Of a DNA stretch of 32,000 nt, positions 23,578 to 30,483 are shown in pieces. Origin of the DNA: Candidatus Iainarchaeum sp. Its GTDB lineage: Archaea; Iainarchaeota; Iainarchaeia; Iainarchaeales; VGJJ01. The notes below the pieces were generated by a model. The model was given only the letters and a program-made list of their open reading frames with translations, ran no database searches and was not told where the DNA came from. The position numbers were made by a program, and so were the translations under genes. The stretch spans positions 240,001-272,000 of the forward strand of contig JAUYHT010000006.1 of assembly GCA_030688545.1 (NCBI GenBank). Direction: 5' to 3'. Each line of letters begins with the position of its first letter. Positions within the stretch are counted from its first letter, which is position 1.

Positions 23578-24242
23578 AACACCCTCTCCGCCACATCCAT
23601 AACCCCAATCTCGTTAATATGCCTTTGGAGGAGGGGCACGTCTATTTTTTCCAGGAAAAGCCGATACAAGTGCCGTGCGTCTTCAAAATCTTTATCCGTC
23701 CCCAGTAGTAATTTATATGCGATTTGGAGTTCGATCTCGGAGGTAAACAGGCGATGGCCATTGAGGATCACTTCAATCGGATGGCTCATCGAATAGTGGT
23801 TGTATTCCGACTTCGCATACTTGATCTCAAAATTCGGGATGACTTTCCCATTTAGGGCAAAGCGGATTGCGGTATCGTTCTCCAAGTATTCATGCAACGC
23901 ATCCTGCGGATTGGTTGAATTAAGACAGTACATACCCGCCTCCTCTAAAGCGGCCCACCATTCACGCATCCTTTTTTCATCCAGCCGCTCGATGAATAAA
24001 TCGACATCTTCCGTTTGCCGGCTTCTCCCGAATAAGATGGCAATGTACCCGGAAATGATGACATATTGGATGTCCATCCTATGCAAAATATCCACGAACC
24101 CGAGAACCAATTCGTCCAAGTCCGACAGTTCGCGGTCAAACACGATTTTCCCAGGAGAATACTCGAACTCCATGATACAAGAGAAACCCTCCCCTGGGTT
24201 ATATCCCTTTGGGCAGGGAACCGCCAAAAAAAACCTCGCCAC
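23568..24242 (-). CDS. Putative Pol-beta-superfamily nucleotidyltransferase (copy 1)
   Basis: ISGYIAILFGRSRQTEDVDLFIE fits the G-[GS]-x(9-13)-D-x-D NTase signature. The track's start is a GTG; ATG 24173 (MEFEYSPGK..) with GATATAA about 30 nt upstream is the more likely start. Confidence 0.7.
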   Translation of the reverse strand: MARFFLAVPCPKGYNPGEGFSCIMEFEYSPGKIVFDRELSDLDELVLGFVDILHRMDIQYVIISGYIAILFGRSRQTEDVDLFIERLDEKRMREWWAALEEAGMYCLNSTNPQDALHEYLENDTAIRFALNGKVIPNFEIKYAKSEYNHYSMSHPIEVILNGHRLFTSEIELQIAYKLLLGTDKDFEDARHLYRLFLEKIDVPLLQRHINEIGVMDVAERVLWN

Positions 24243-24362
24243 CAGAGCCCAACCCTTTGATAGAAGTCGAATCCATGACTCTTTTTAGGATGGAAAAATG
24301 ATTGGTTTATTATTCATTTATTGAACCACAATGGTTTTAATTAATTCAAGAGGCACTTAATT

Positions 24363-25046
24363 GTGGCTGGATTTTTAACGCATGAGTGGATTGCCTATTT
24401 GGTATTGCAAAAGCTGAAAAGAAAACAAATTATTTCGCAATCTGAAAACATTGATGATTACTTTTTTGGCGCAGTCGCACCCGATATTCGGTACTCTGCA
24501 AATATTGCAAGAGAAATAACACATAAGCCAGGCGGTGAAGAATCGATATTCGAAATGTTAAAAATGAGCGTTCCTTCATTTCCCTTTGTCGCTGGATACG
24601 AAACCCACCTGATTACAGACATAGCTTGGTCCAATGATAAAAATTGGCTGAAGGAGAGTATTTACGAACATTATTCAATGAATGCGAATAATACTATTCA
24701 AAAAATTACCCTTTATGGTTTGGTCGATGATTATTTTCAAGCCAAGGCAGATTGGCTTTTTCCATATACGTGTGCTGGATATGTTTTTCGCGCGAATGAT
24801 TTTGAAATTCTTAAAAGGATAAGAATATCTGAAAAAGAAATTTTGGCATATAAATCAATCCTGATTCCTTATTTGCGTGAACCTGGAATTGATAGTATAA
24901 TCAATCTTGGTTTTTTTCCGGATAATAGAGATGAAACTCTGGTAGCACAGTTCTTGGATGATCATACTTCTATAACAAAATATTTGCAGAAATTTGAGAA
25001 AACGGCGGTTGAAAAATGTGTTGAAAGCTTGGAGAAATATGTATGA
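24363..25046 (+). CDS. Zinc-dependent phospholipase C-like / metal-dependent hydrolase family protein
   Basis: The N-terminal GFLTHEWIA...FFGAVAPDIRY...THKP...GYETHLITDIAW matches the His/Asp pattern of the PLC-like family. The start is a GTG with AAGAGG 9 nt upstream. Confidence 0.55.
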   Translation: MAGFLTHEWIAYLVLQKLKRKQIISQSENIDDYFFGAVAPDIRYSANIAREITHKPGGEESIFEMLKMSVPSFPFVAGYETHLITDIAWSNDKNWLKESIYEHYSMNANNTIQKITLYGLVDDYFQAKADWLFPYTCAGYVFRANDFEILKRIRISEKEILAYKSILIPYLREPGIDSIINLGFFPDNRDETLVAQFLDDHTSITKYLQKFEKTAVEKCVESLEKYV

Positions 25047-25168
25047 AGAACTGGGAAGGAATAGCTGTTAGAATTATTATTGGAATGGCAGGAGTGGTTG
25101 TATTTTTCCACCTGGTGGAGCGCCTATATTTGTTGTATTTTTTGTTTTTGGTTCTGACGACCCCATAA
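25043..25168 (+). CDS. 41-aa hydrophobic peptide, ATGA-overlapped with the upstream gene
   Basis: Sequence: MKNWEGIAVRIIIGMAGVVVFFHLVERLYLLYFLFLVLTTP. Its start shares ATGA with the upstream stop. It is below the track's cut-off. Confidence 0.4.
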   Translation: MKNWEGIAVRIIIGMAGVVVFFHLVERLYLLYFLFLVLTTP

Positions 25169-25175
25169 CCTGAAA

Positions 25176-25212
25176 AGCCCTCGATGAGGTAAACCGTAAC
25201 CCGTTCAAATCC
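25176..25212 (-). repeat. tRNA-Thr 3'-end-like site B
   Basis: AGCCCTCGATGAG (25176-88) matches the tRNA end at 11 of 13 positions. GTTCAAATCC follows 14 nt later (25203-12). The site starts 7 nt after the stop of the 41-aa ORF. Confidence 0.75.
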
Positions 25213-25273
25213 CCAGCGCTCGCGTTTCTCTATTTATTTAGTTTGAGATTTCCAGGATTACCAGATAATGGGA

Positions 25274-25612
25274 TCAAAACCCTTCGGCCCCAAGCGTTTG
25301 AAGAATGTGCTTAATGTCATCTATTACTTTCTGCTGGTTCTTTTTGTCAGAGATGCGAACGAATTTGATGAGGAGATCAACCAGTTCTTCTTGGGAAAAT
25401 GCCTTGATTTTATTTCCATCCGCAATAAAGTAGAACCGGAATGATTTATACTTGAGTTCCTTGATCACGATGCCGCCTACCCTCCCGAGCGGCTTACCTT
25501 TTTTGGGATTTTCTTCCAAGGTTTCCAGGAGATCCAATATCTCATGCGATTCTCCCTTGAATTTTCGCTTGATTTCATCCAAAAGCGAGCGGACTATTTC
25601 GACCTGGGCCAT
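25274..25612 (-). CDS. RelE/ParE-like toxin
   Basis: 112 aa. LEENPKKGKPLGRVGGIVIKELKYKSFRFYFIADGN resembles the RelE/ParE core. It overlaps the upstream small ORF by 19 nt. Confidence 0.55.
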   Translation of the reverse strand: MAQVEIVRSLLDEIKRKFKGESHEILDLLETLEENPKKGKPLGRVGGIVIKELKYKSFRFYFIADGNKIKAFSQEELVDLLIKFVRISDKKNQQKVIDDIKHILQTLGAEGF

Positions 25613-25806
25613 TGCGCTTCAACCTCTTTCCGGGCTTCCTTGAGCGAAATCGTATTATTGGAAGCCATCAGAAATTCGCGCAGTTGAACCTTAACGGCCA
25701 TGCTGTAGAGTCGCTGAAGAATCATATCATAACTTTCCCCCTTCGACCCGAAAGAAGAAATCTTCCGCTTAGTTTCAGTGGACAGCTGAATCGTCGTATT
25801 ACTCAT
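25594..25806 (-). CDS. Putative antitoxin (70 aa)
   Basis: The start is set at ATG 25806 (MSNTTIQLSTETKRKISSFGSKGESYDMILQRLY..). TTTTAAAC lies about 27 nt upstream. Confidence 0.55.
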   Translation of the reverse strand: MSNTTIQLSTETKRKISSFGSKGESYDMILQRLYSMAVKVQLREFLMASNNTISLKEARKEVEAQWPRSK

Positions 25807-25814
25807 ACCATAAC

Positions 25815-25833
25815 AACTATAGCCACTATAGTT
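25815..25833. promoter_or_regulatory. Perfect palindrome AACTATAG-CCA-CTATAGTT at the TA promoter
   Basis: 8-bp arms located between the TATA-like box (25832-25838) and the antitoxin ATG (25806). Confidence 0.45.
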
Positions 25834-25931
25834 TAAAAGAATTCCTTCAACCACCCCCCCCAATAAATGGTATTTTTACAACCTTTCCAAACCCCTACCA
25901 ATACGCCGGGAATTTGCTCCCCCCTACCTCA

Positions 25932-25944
25932 AGCCCTCGATGAG
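25932..25944 (-). repeat. tRNA-Thr 3'-end-like site C
   Basis: AGCCCTCGATGAG, identical to site B. It has no GTTCRAATC box. It lies in the divergent gap between the TA pair and the SDR gene. Confidence 0.7.
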
Positions 25945-26021
25945 ATTGGTACGTTAGGATAAAGTCCCACGCATTCCCAAAGTTGGAATGGATTAAAAGG
26001 ACTTTACTGCCTCGTTCTCCC

Positions 26022-26711
26022 ATGAATCTGCAGGGCAAGGTTGTGATTATAACTGGGGCGAGCCGAGGTCTTGGAAGGGAACTTGCATTGGCTTTTTCCA
26101 AGGAACTGGCTCATGTGGTGGCAAGCGCACGTTCCTCAAAAGAACTTAAGGTGCTTGAAGGTGAGACTAAGGGAATCAGTATTCAAGCGGATGTGATCAA
26201 GGATTCCGATATGCTTCAACTCGCCAAAAAGACGGTTTCAAAGTTTGGTCGAATTGATATCTGGGTGAATAATGCAGGGATTTGGATTCCCCACGGTCCA
26301 GTTGAAGAGCTTAATTTTTCTCGCGTTCGAGACGTTATTGAAGTAAACCTCTTTGGAACGATGCATGGATCAAAAGCAGCTCTCCTTCAAATGAAAAAAC
26401 AAGGAAATGGAATGATCATTAACATTCTATCTACAAGTGCTTTAGACGCAAGAGCTGGAAGCTCTGCATATGGTGCGAGCAAGTACGGAATCATCGGATT
26501 TGCCAAAGCGCTTCGGAAAGAAGCTGAGCCCTCCGATATTCGAGTCGTGAACATTTATCCAGGCGGAATGCGCACTCATCTATTCGATGAAAAGATACCG
26601 GATAATTATTCCAGTTATATGAATCCAAAAGAAGTAGCTCAAAAAATCGTCGAAAATCTTAAGAAGGAAAATCCAGAAGAAGAATTAATACTTAAGAGGC
26701 CGAAGCCCTAA
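26022..26711 (+). CDS. Short-chain dehydrogenase/reductase (SDR)
   Basis: TGASRGLG (TGxxxGxG), NNAG and YGASKYG (YxxxK) are present. The start is set at ATG 26022 (MNLQGKVVIITGAS), with TTAAAA about 26 nt upstream. Confidence 0.9.
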   Translation: MNLQGKVVIITGASRGLGRELALAFSKELAHVVASARSSKELKVLEGETKGISIQADVIKDSDMLQLAKKTVSKFGRIDIWVNNAGIWIPHGPVEELNFSRVRDVIEVNLFGTMHGSKAALLQMKKQGNGMIINILSTSALDARAGSSAYGASKYGIIGFAKALRKEAEPSDIRVVNIYPGGMRTHLFDEKIPDNYSSYMNPKEVAQKIVENLKKENPEEELILKRPKP

Positions 26712-26748
26712 GCCCTCAATGGGCGCGAGACGGTAAGGGGTTCAAATC
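26711..26748 (-). repeat. tRNA-Thr 3'-end-like site D
   Basis: AGCCCTCAATGGG (26711-23) matches at 11 of 13 positions and begins at the last base of the SDR stop codon. It is preceded by a partial duplicate AGCCCT (26704-09). GTTCAAATC follows 16 nt later (26740-48). Confidence 0.75.
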
Positions 26749-26819
26749 ATATAAGGTAGTGTGGGATTGGTTTTGACCAATCTTGCGTGTTTAATAAAGT
26801 AGGAACAGATTCTTTTTAC

Positions 26820-27623
26820 ATGAAAAATCCGTTGAAACATTCCAGAAGGAAAAAACCCGCACCTAAAACGGATCGTGTAACCATTTTAAATCGCCGTGGA
26901 AAGCGGCTACACGGTTTCTTAACCAATGTTGGTAGTACTTCGATCGTGCTAGTACTCCCTGGTGCAGGGGAATCTTGTAATCAAATATTTTATCAAAAAA
27001 TAGCAAAAGTAGCCGCTGCTCATGGATTGGACTGTTTACGCATGGATTTGTCAGGTTATGGTGAGAGCGAAGGAAATCGGTTTGAGATTACCCCAACGCT
27101 CCATGTTCAGGACGTGGTGGATATTTATACTCAACTAAAACCGAATTATTCTTCTTTCTATGCAGCCGGATTTTCATGGGGTGCGTACATAGCATTAATT
27201 ACTTCACTGCATGTTCCCTTTCACCTTCAATTCATTTTTTCTCCCGCAATATTTTATGAAAATAGGGAAATCAATCATGCATTTAATCGCGCGTGGAAAA
27301 GGAATGGGTGGTTGCCGGATTATAATGTATTTGTGAAAAATGGGAGCATCCGACCGCAGAAAGAGAAACACCAACTAAATTATGCATTTTTGACCTCCCT
27401 CCGACGATATACGATTGATAACGTGAGCCGCACTCGTGTTCCAACGATATTAGGATGCGGAAAAAAAGAAAAACTATTTGTAAAACAAATAAATCAACTT
27501 AAAGAAAAAATTCATGCCCCCGTTCAAAAAAACCTTTTTTCAGGAGTTGGCCATGAAAGTCGAAATCCACTATATTATGAAAAGGCCCTCAAACTTATCA
27601 ATGACAACTTGCCTACTATTTGA
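26820..27623 (+). CDS. Alpha/beta-fold hydrolase
   Basis: It has the nucleophile elbow GFSWG (GxSxG) and an HG-like LPGAGES region. The start is set at ATG 26820, with TTTAATAAA about 25 nt upstream. Confidence 0.8.
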   Translation: MKNPLKHSRRKKPAPKTDRVTILNRRGKRLHGFLTNVGSTSIVLVLPGAGESCNQIFYQKIAKVAAAHGLDCLRMDLSGYGESEGNRFEITPTLHVQDVVDIYTQLKPNYSSFYAAGFSWGAYIALITSLHVPFHLQFIFSPAIFYENREINHAFNRAWKRNGWLPDYNVFVKNGSIRPQKEKHQLNYAFLTSLRRYTIDNVSRTRVPTILGCGKKEKLFVKQINQLKEKIHAPVQKNLFSGVGHESRNPLYYEKALKLINDNLPTI

Positions 27624-27733
27624 TTTCAAACCACACCCTAACTAATGCCACAATTTCTTCCAAATCTAGTTCGCCATCCATTTCGGGGGACGTGCACCCT
27701 TTTCAGCTTTTGGATTTGAACTGGTTGCCTGAG

Positions 27734-27805
27734 AGCCCTCGGTGGGATTCGAACCCACGACCTGCGGTTTACAAAACCGCTGCTCTACCACTGAGCCACG
27801 AGGGC
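27734..27805 (-). tRNA. tRNA-Thr: tRNA-Thr (anticodon UGU), 72 nt, no encoded CCA
   Basis: Hand-folded cloverleaf: GCCCTCG-TG-GCTC-AGTGGTA-GAGC-A-GCGGT-TTTGTAA-ACCGC-AGGTC-GTGGG-TTCGAAT-CCCAC-CGAGGGC-T. All four stems are Watson-Crick paired. Confidence 0.9.
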
Positions 27806-27888
27806 GGAATGCGATTTGGGAATGGAATGGCATTCTGACGCATGGCTATTCTGGAGCGGGAATCCATATAAATTCGGTCTCCAGACCA

Positions 27889-27920
27889 GAAGAAAAAGGG
27901 GCGGTCTCCGGTTGACCGCC
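27889..27920 (-). terminator. Intrinsic-type terminator after the hyper-basic protein gene
   Basis: The minus strand reads GGCGGTC-AACCGGA-GACCGCC followed by CCTTTTTCTTCT. It lies 29 nt after the TAA stop. Confidence 0.55.
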
Positions 27921-27948
27921 AGGGGTAGGAAGCCTTATTCAGGCACCC

Positions 27949-28140
27949 TTATTTCCGGCGCTTTCGAACAATACGCTTTCGCGTAGAGCGGGCGCGCACG
28001 GTGCGCGTCTTCCGCGCGGGCTTTCGAACGGTTTTCACCGTTGTTCGGCCGCGTGTTTTCCGCACACTTTTTCGAACCGTTTTGGGACGGGTCGTTTTAC
28101 GGGTTGTCTTGCGAACAACTCGTTTTGTTTTGCGTTGCAC
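27949..28140 (-). CDS. Hyper-basic 63-aa Arg/Lys/Thr/Val repeat protein
   Basis: GTG start with GGAGGT 7 nt upstream and a terminator downstream. About 29 of 63 residues are R or K, in reiterated (V/T)RK(T) units. Confidence 0.65.
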   Translation of the reverse strand: MQRKTKRVVRKTTRKTTRPKTVRKSVRKTRGRTTVKTVRKPARKTRTVRARSTRKRIVRKRRK

Positions 28141-28331
28141 GTGGTTTACCTCCGACGTGTTTATGTAGACTAATTATGTCTGCATTTGTTATTTAAATGT
28201 TTGGAATGCATCTTTTGTCGTACAAATGCATGTTTGGCGCCAAAATGTTGGTGCAACGTGCAACAAGTTACAAAATAATGTGAAACACACGCCCAATGTT
28301 CGTGCGCAAGAAATATTATTTATCTTTTTGA

Positions 28332-29045
28332 ATGAACAAACGGAAAAAAAGAAATATGATTACAAAAAAACCCAGCGAAAGAATCAGCGTGTGCCAAACC
28401 TGCGGCGAATGCTGCAAGCGGTATCCCATTTCCATCTTGCCACACGAGCGTTCCGCGCAAGCGAGGTTCATGGGAGTCAGCGAAGAGGAATTCACGCGCA
28501 CACATACCCGGCTGCTCGTGCAATTGGTACCTTTTCCCTCCTCCGATCATCCATTGGCGATCGCCACGGCGATGTTGCCCAAAACATTGGTGCAAATACT
28601 TGAATCCAATGGATTGGATTCTCCGTATGTCATGATCCTCCCCATGGTGGGTTTGAGAAAAGAGGAATATTGCATCTTTTTCGATGCGGATACTTTCGGA
28701 TGCACCACCCATCCCGTGAAACCCGCGCAGTGCCGGCTATTTCCTTTCACGAGCCTAAAGGAGAATGAGGATTATGCCACCCTCTATGATTTCTGCGGGT
28801 TGGCTACTATCAGTTCCCCGACACAGCATACCTTCGACCATCAACGAGCGCAGAAGGAGCGTATGCATGCCTATTTCGATGCCGTGGCCAAAGAAGGATT
28901 GGGTGGCGTCTGGGGAACCCTCCCCCTCAAGGGAAACATCCTTTTCAGGGGAAAAGAGGTTTCCACCATCAGAATGGACGAACTGAATGAATGGCTGTCA
29001 TTATCCCGAAGCAAAACCCCCCATTTTGACAATCATCGAAAATAG
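28332..29045 (+). CDS. YkgJ-family (UPF0153) cysteine-cluster protein
   Basis: CQTCGECCKRYPI (CxxCxxCC) together with CIFFDADTFGCTTHPVKPAQCRLFPF. The start could instead be the internal ATG 28356. Confidence 0.8.
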   Translation: MNKRKKRNMITKKPSERISVCQTCGECCKRYPISILPHERSAQARFMGVSEEEFTRTHTRLLVQLVPFPSSDHPLAIATAMLPKTLVQILESNGLDSPYVMILPMVGLRKEEYCIFFDADTFGCTTHPVKPAQCRLFPFTSLKENEDYATLYDFCGLATISSPTQHTFDHQRAQKERMHAYFDAVAKEGLGGVWGTLPLKGNILFRGKEVSTIRMDELNEWLSLSRSKTPHFDNHRK

Positions 29046-29118
29046 ATTCGTCTATCGTAGACTTTGGGAAGCTTTCAGGTAAAAATGTTCATAAACTCCC
29101 ACCTCCCTCCTCTCTTTC

Positions 29119-29883
29119 ATGAAAGCCACCTCTCATCCAAGAATCGGATGGGGTCTCCTTGCCGGATTGGTTTTGCTGTTATTGCTCGCCGGCTGTGCCC
29201 AACCCCCATCCTCAGGAAACAATATTCCCCCAGCCCCTAATCCTCCTCCCACCACCCAGGATGGACGATTAGTTTATGCCATCACCGATGCGGCCGCGGA
29301 TCTGTCTTCCATTTCAAGGATCGACATGACCATCGACCGCGTGGAAACCCATTCGACAACGTCGGGTTGGACCACCGTTGCTTTCACCCCTCAAACATTC
29401 AACCTATTGGATCTCAGGGACCAGGATAAAGCCATGGTGCTCGCCGACGCCGAATTGAATGCCGGTTCATATGACCAGACAAGATTGCACGTGTCCTCTA
29501 TTCTCATTACGGATATCGAGAACCAGACCCGGGAGGCTTTCCTCCCTTCAGGAGAGCTCCGATTTTCTTCCACCATGAACGTGGATGGGGGGAGCGTGAA
29601 TACCATTCTCCTGGATGTCCTCGCGGATGTGTCATTGCATCAGACGGGGAATGGCCAATACATTTTTGCCCCCGTCATCCAGGTTGAAACCCGGGAAGAT
29701 GCGGATGTGACCATCCAGAATGACGACACCATTGTAATAACCTCCGGGAACATCACCTCATCCACGCGTGTGGGCATGGATGTTCAGGGGAACGTGGGGG
29801 TGAATGTGCAGATCCCCGCGGACGCGAATGTGGTCATCGAGAATGGGATCGTGGTCATCCGAGGAAGCCTTCTCGTGACCTGA
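29119..29883 (+). CDS. DUF4382-like lipoprotein
   Basis: Lipobox LLLLAGC, and ITDAAADL..IDMTIDRVETH..GWTTV..FNLLDL..LNAGSYDQTRLHV, typical of DUF4382. TTCATAAAC lies about 25 nt upstream. Confidence 0.75.
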   Translation: MKATSHPRIGWGLLAGLVLLLLLAGCAQPPSSGNNIPPAPNPPPTTQDGRLVYAITDAAADLSSISRIDMTIDRVETHSTTSGWTTVAFTPQTFNLLDLRDQDKAMVLADAELNAGSYDQTRLHVSSILITDIENQTREAFLPSGELRFSSTMNVDGGSVNTILLDVLADVSLHQTGNGQYIFAPVIQVETREDADVTIQNDDTIVITSGNITSSTRVGMDVQGNVGVNVQIPADANVVIENGIVVIRGSLLVT

Positions 29884-29906
29884 ATAATGGATTTGAAACA
29901 GGAAAT

Positions 29907-29943
29907 GGGGGATGTCCTATTTTTTGTCCCCCTCTTTTTTTTT
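29907..29943 (+). terminator. Hairpin plus T9 run after the DUF4382-like gene
   Basis: GGGGGA (29907-12) pairs with TCCCCC (29927-32), followed by TC and nine T residues (29935-43). Confidence 0.55.
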
Positions 29944-29954
29944 ATCTAAAAATG

Positions 29955-30383
29955 TCATTCTCGAATGCCCATTAATCCGTTGGCGGGCATATTCGGGTCA
30001 ATGGGTTGGGTGAATTCAAGGGTCAATTGGAACCCATTGTGCGCAATTCCTTTGGTCAGTGTCCCATCCCACATCTGCATCCCCAGCATGAATCCCACGT
30101 GCAAGTCCCCATAAATCCCATCCTTGAGGTTCATGAAATGCCCTGACACCGAGACGATGCGCCCATTCCGCAGTTCCTGCGAGACGAAGCGGTTGTGATT
30201 GAAGTATTGCACCGTGGCTTCCTTCAGAAGTCCGTCGGCCGTGATCGCCGTGGTTTCTCTGATTCCGTGTTCGCGGATGGCTTGCCGCAACCCTTGGAGC
30301 ACGTCATCCCCATCCTCGAACGCCAGGACGAGATTCTTCTTCGTGCTCCTTCCGGTGTAAATAGTCGAATCGAATTGGCTCAT
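29955..30383 (-). CDS. PPC-domain (DUF296) protein
   Basis: 142 aa. The pattern RIVSVSGHF....GDLHVGFMLG....GTLTKG fits the PPC/DUF296 beta-fold. GAGGGGG lies 8 nt upstream of the ATG. Confidence 0.7.
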   Translation of the reverse strand: MSQFDSTIYTGRSTKKNLVLAFEDGDDVLQGLRQAIREHGIRETTAITADGLLKEATVQYFNHNRFVSQELRNGRIVSVSGHFMNLKDGIYGDLHVGFMLGMQMWDGTLTKGIAHNGFQLTLEFTQPIDPNMPANGLMGIRE

Positions 30384-30483
30384 GCCTATTCCCCCTCTCT
30401 GCCATACATATCCTTTCCCGGTTTATTAGCCTATTCGATTGTGTAGCAATTACCTTTTTGTAGGGGTATCTCCTTCATCTTAC

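Noticed and set aside
25179-25189. Possible hammerhead ribozyme core in CTCGATGAG (also at 25935-25945)
   Set aside because: The core requires CUGAUGA. Here there is an extra C (CUCGAUGA), and no matching GAAA, stem III or cleavage triplet could be arranged around it.
18400-27805. Canonical integron (intI, attI, attC with RYYYAAC...GTTRRRY)
   Set aside because: No integrase ORF is in the window. The repeats do not contain R''/R' core sites or an obvious L/R bulged hairpin, and gene orientations are mixed. The cassette-like structure is kept as a finding but is not called an integron.
27620-27838. 72-aa plus-strand ORF
   Set aside because: It runs antisense straight through the tRNA-Thr gene.
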